Part shown: in pieces, positions 26,798-27,098 of the stretch
Layout of the letters: every line of letters starts with the position of its first letter
Position numbering within the stretch: position 1 is the first letter of the stretch
Assembly (NCBI GenBank): GCA_964519135.1
Contig: CAZFJT010000001.1
Span: 1 to 27,098 of the forward strand
Direction of reading: 5' to 3'
Length of the DNA: 27,098 bases
Origin: an uncultured Syntrophales bacterium
GTDB lineage: Bacteria > Desulfobacterota > Desulfomonilia > Desulfomonilales > Desulfomonilaceae
Translations under genes and position numbers: made by a program
The notes under the pieces: generated by a model
Database searches by the model: none
The model's input: the letters and a program-made list of their open reading frames with translations, nothing else
What the model was told of the DNA's origin: nothing

Positions 26798-26963
26798 AAT
26801 TTAGACGCCGCTCATTCCTGTTTGGATTCAAAAAAATTTCCGTCAGTTTCCAATGATTGAAAATAAGCGTTATATTAAGCCCATGTCAAGGGCAAAGGCC
26901 TTTAAGAGTTGTTAATGGTGGAACTCGCGATTAAAATGTTGTATCCTTGGTAACTTAAGAGGT

Positions 26964-26987
26964 CAACATGGAAGACAACATGGAAGA
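26964..26987 (+). repeat. Perfect 12-bp tandem duplication spanning the sirtuin start codon
   Basis: CAACATGGAAGA at 26964-26975 and 26976-26987. Confidence 0.9.
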
Positions 26988-27098
26988 TATGATATTAAAA
27001 GCCGCTGAAGCTCTGGTTAAAGCCAAAAACGCGCTTGCCCTTACTGGGGCAGGGATTAGCACTGAATCCGGAATCCCGGATCTATCGCTACCACAAAT
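26968..27098 (+). CDS. cobB: NAD-dependent deacylase (sirtuin), 5' fragment cut by the window end
   Basis: Translated by hand: MEDNMEDMILKAAEALVKAKNALALTGAGISTESGIPD; AGAGGT SD. Confidence 0.85.
   Translation, partial: MEDNMEDMILKAAEALVKAKNALALTGAGISTESGIPDLSLPQ

Noticed and set aside
1-27098. CRISPR arrays, tRNA/rRNA genes, IS/transposases, integrases, selenocysteine read-through
   Set aside because: No repeat-spacer periodicity, cloverleaf or mobile-element motifs seen, and no split ORF needing TGA recoding.

Overview
Bacterial chromosomal window. The gene content suggests a deltaproteobacterium (Desulfobacterota-like); this is an inference. It has four blocks. (1) Minus strand, 65-5858: lipB-pdhA-pdhB-pdhC-lpdA, a lipoate-dependent 2-oxoacid dehydrogenase operon. 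(2) 5.9-7.7 kb: two small minus-strand genes (one is a 55-aa ORF missed by the ORF track) and an ~820-bp regulatory region with a near-consensus sigma54 promoter. (3) Plus strand, 7731-20562: a chemosensory cluster in the order DUF4388, pseudoREC-DUF4388-REC-CheB fusion, cheW, MCP, cheY, tip-less HAMP mini-receptor, cheA, parA, cheB, hypothetical. (4) Mostly minus strand, 20.6-27.1 kb: SMI1/KNR4 lipoprotein, hypotheticals, hisI-hisG, a TIGR04073-like protein, an ECF sigma/zinc anti-sigma/trxA/trxB operon, and the start of a sirtuin. The chemosensory cluster is the best candidate for an undescribed system. Both CheB esterase domains have broken catalytic triads, no cheR is present in the cluster, and the receptor lacks Glu/Gln at the Tsr-equivalent methylation positions. 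The receptor also has a ~60-heptad signalling domain, and CheA carries two His-less HPt-like bundles and a helix-hairpin-helix module. All domain calls are motif recognition by eye; no database searches were run.
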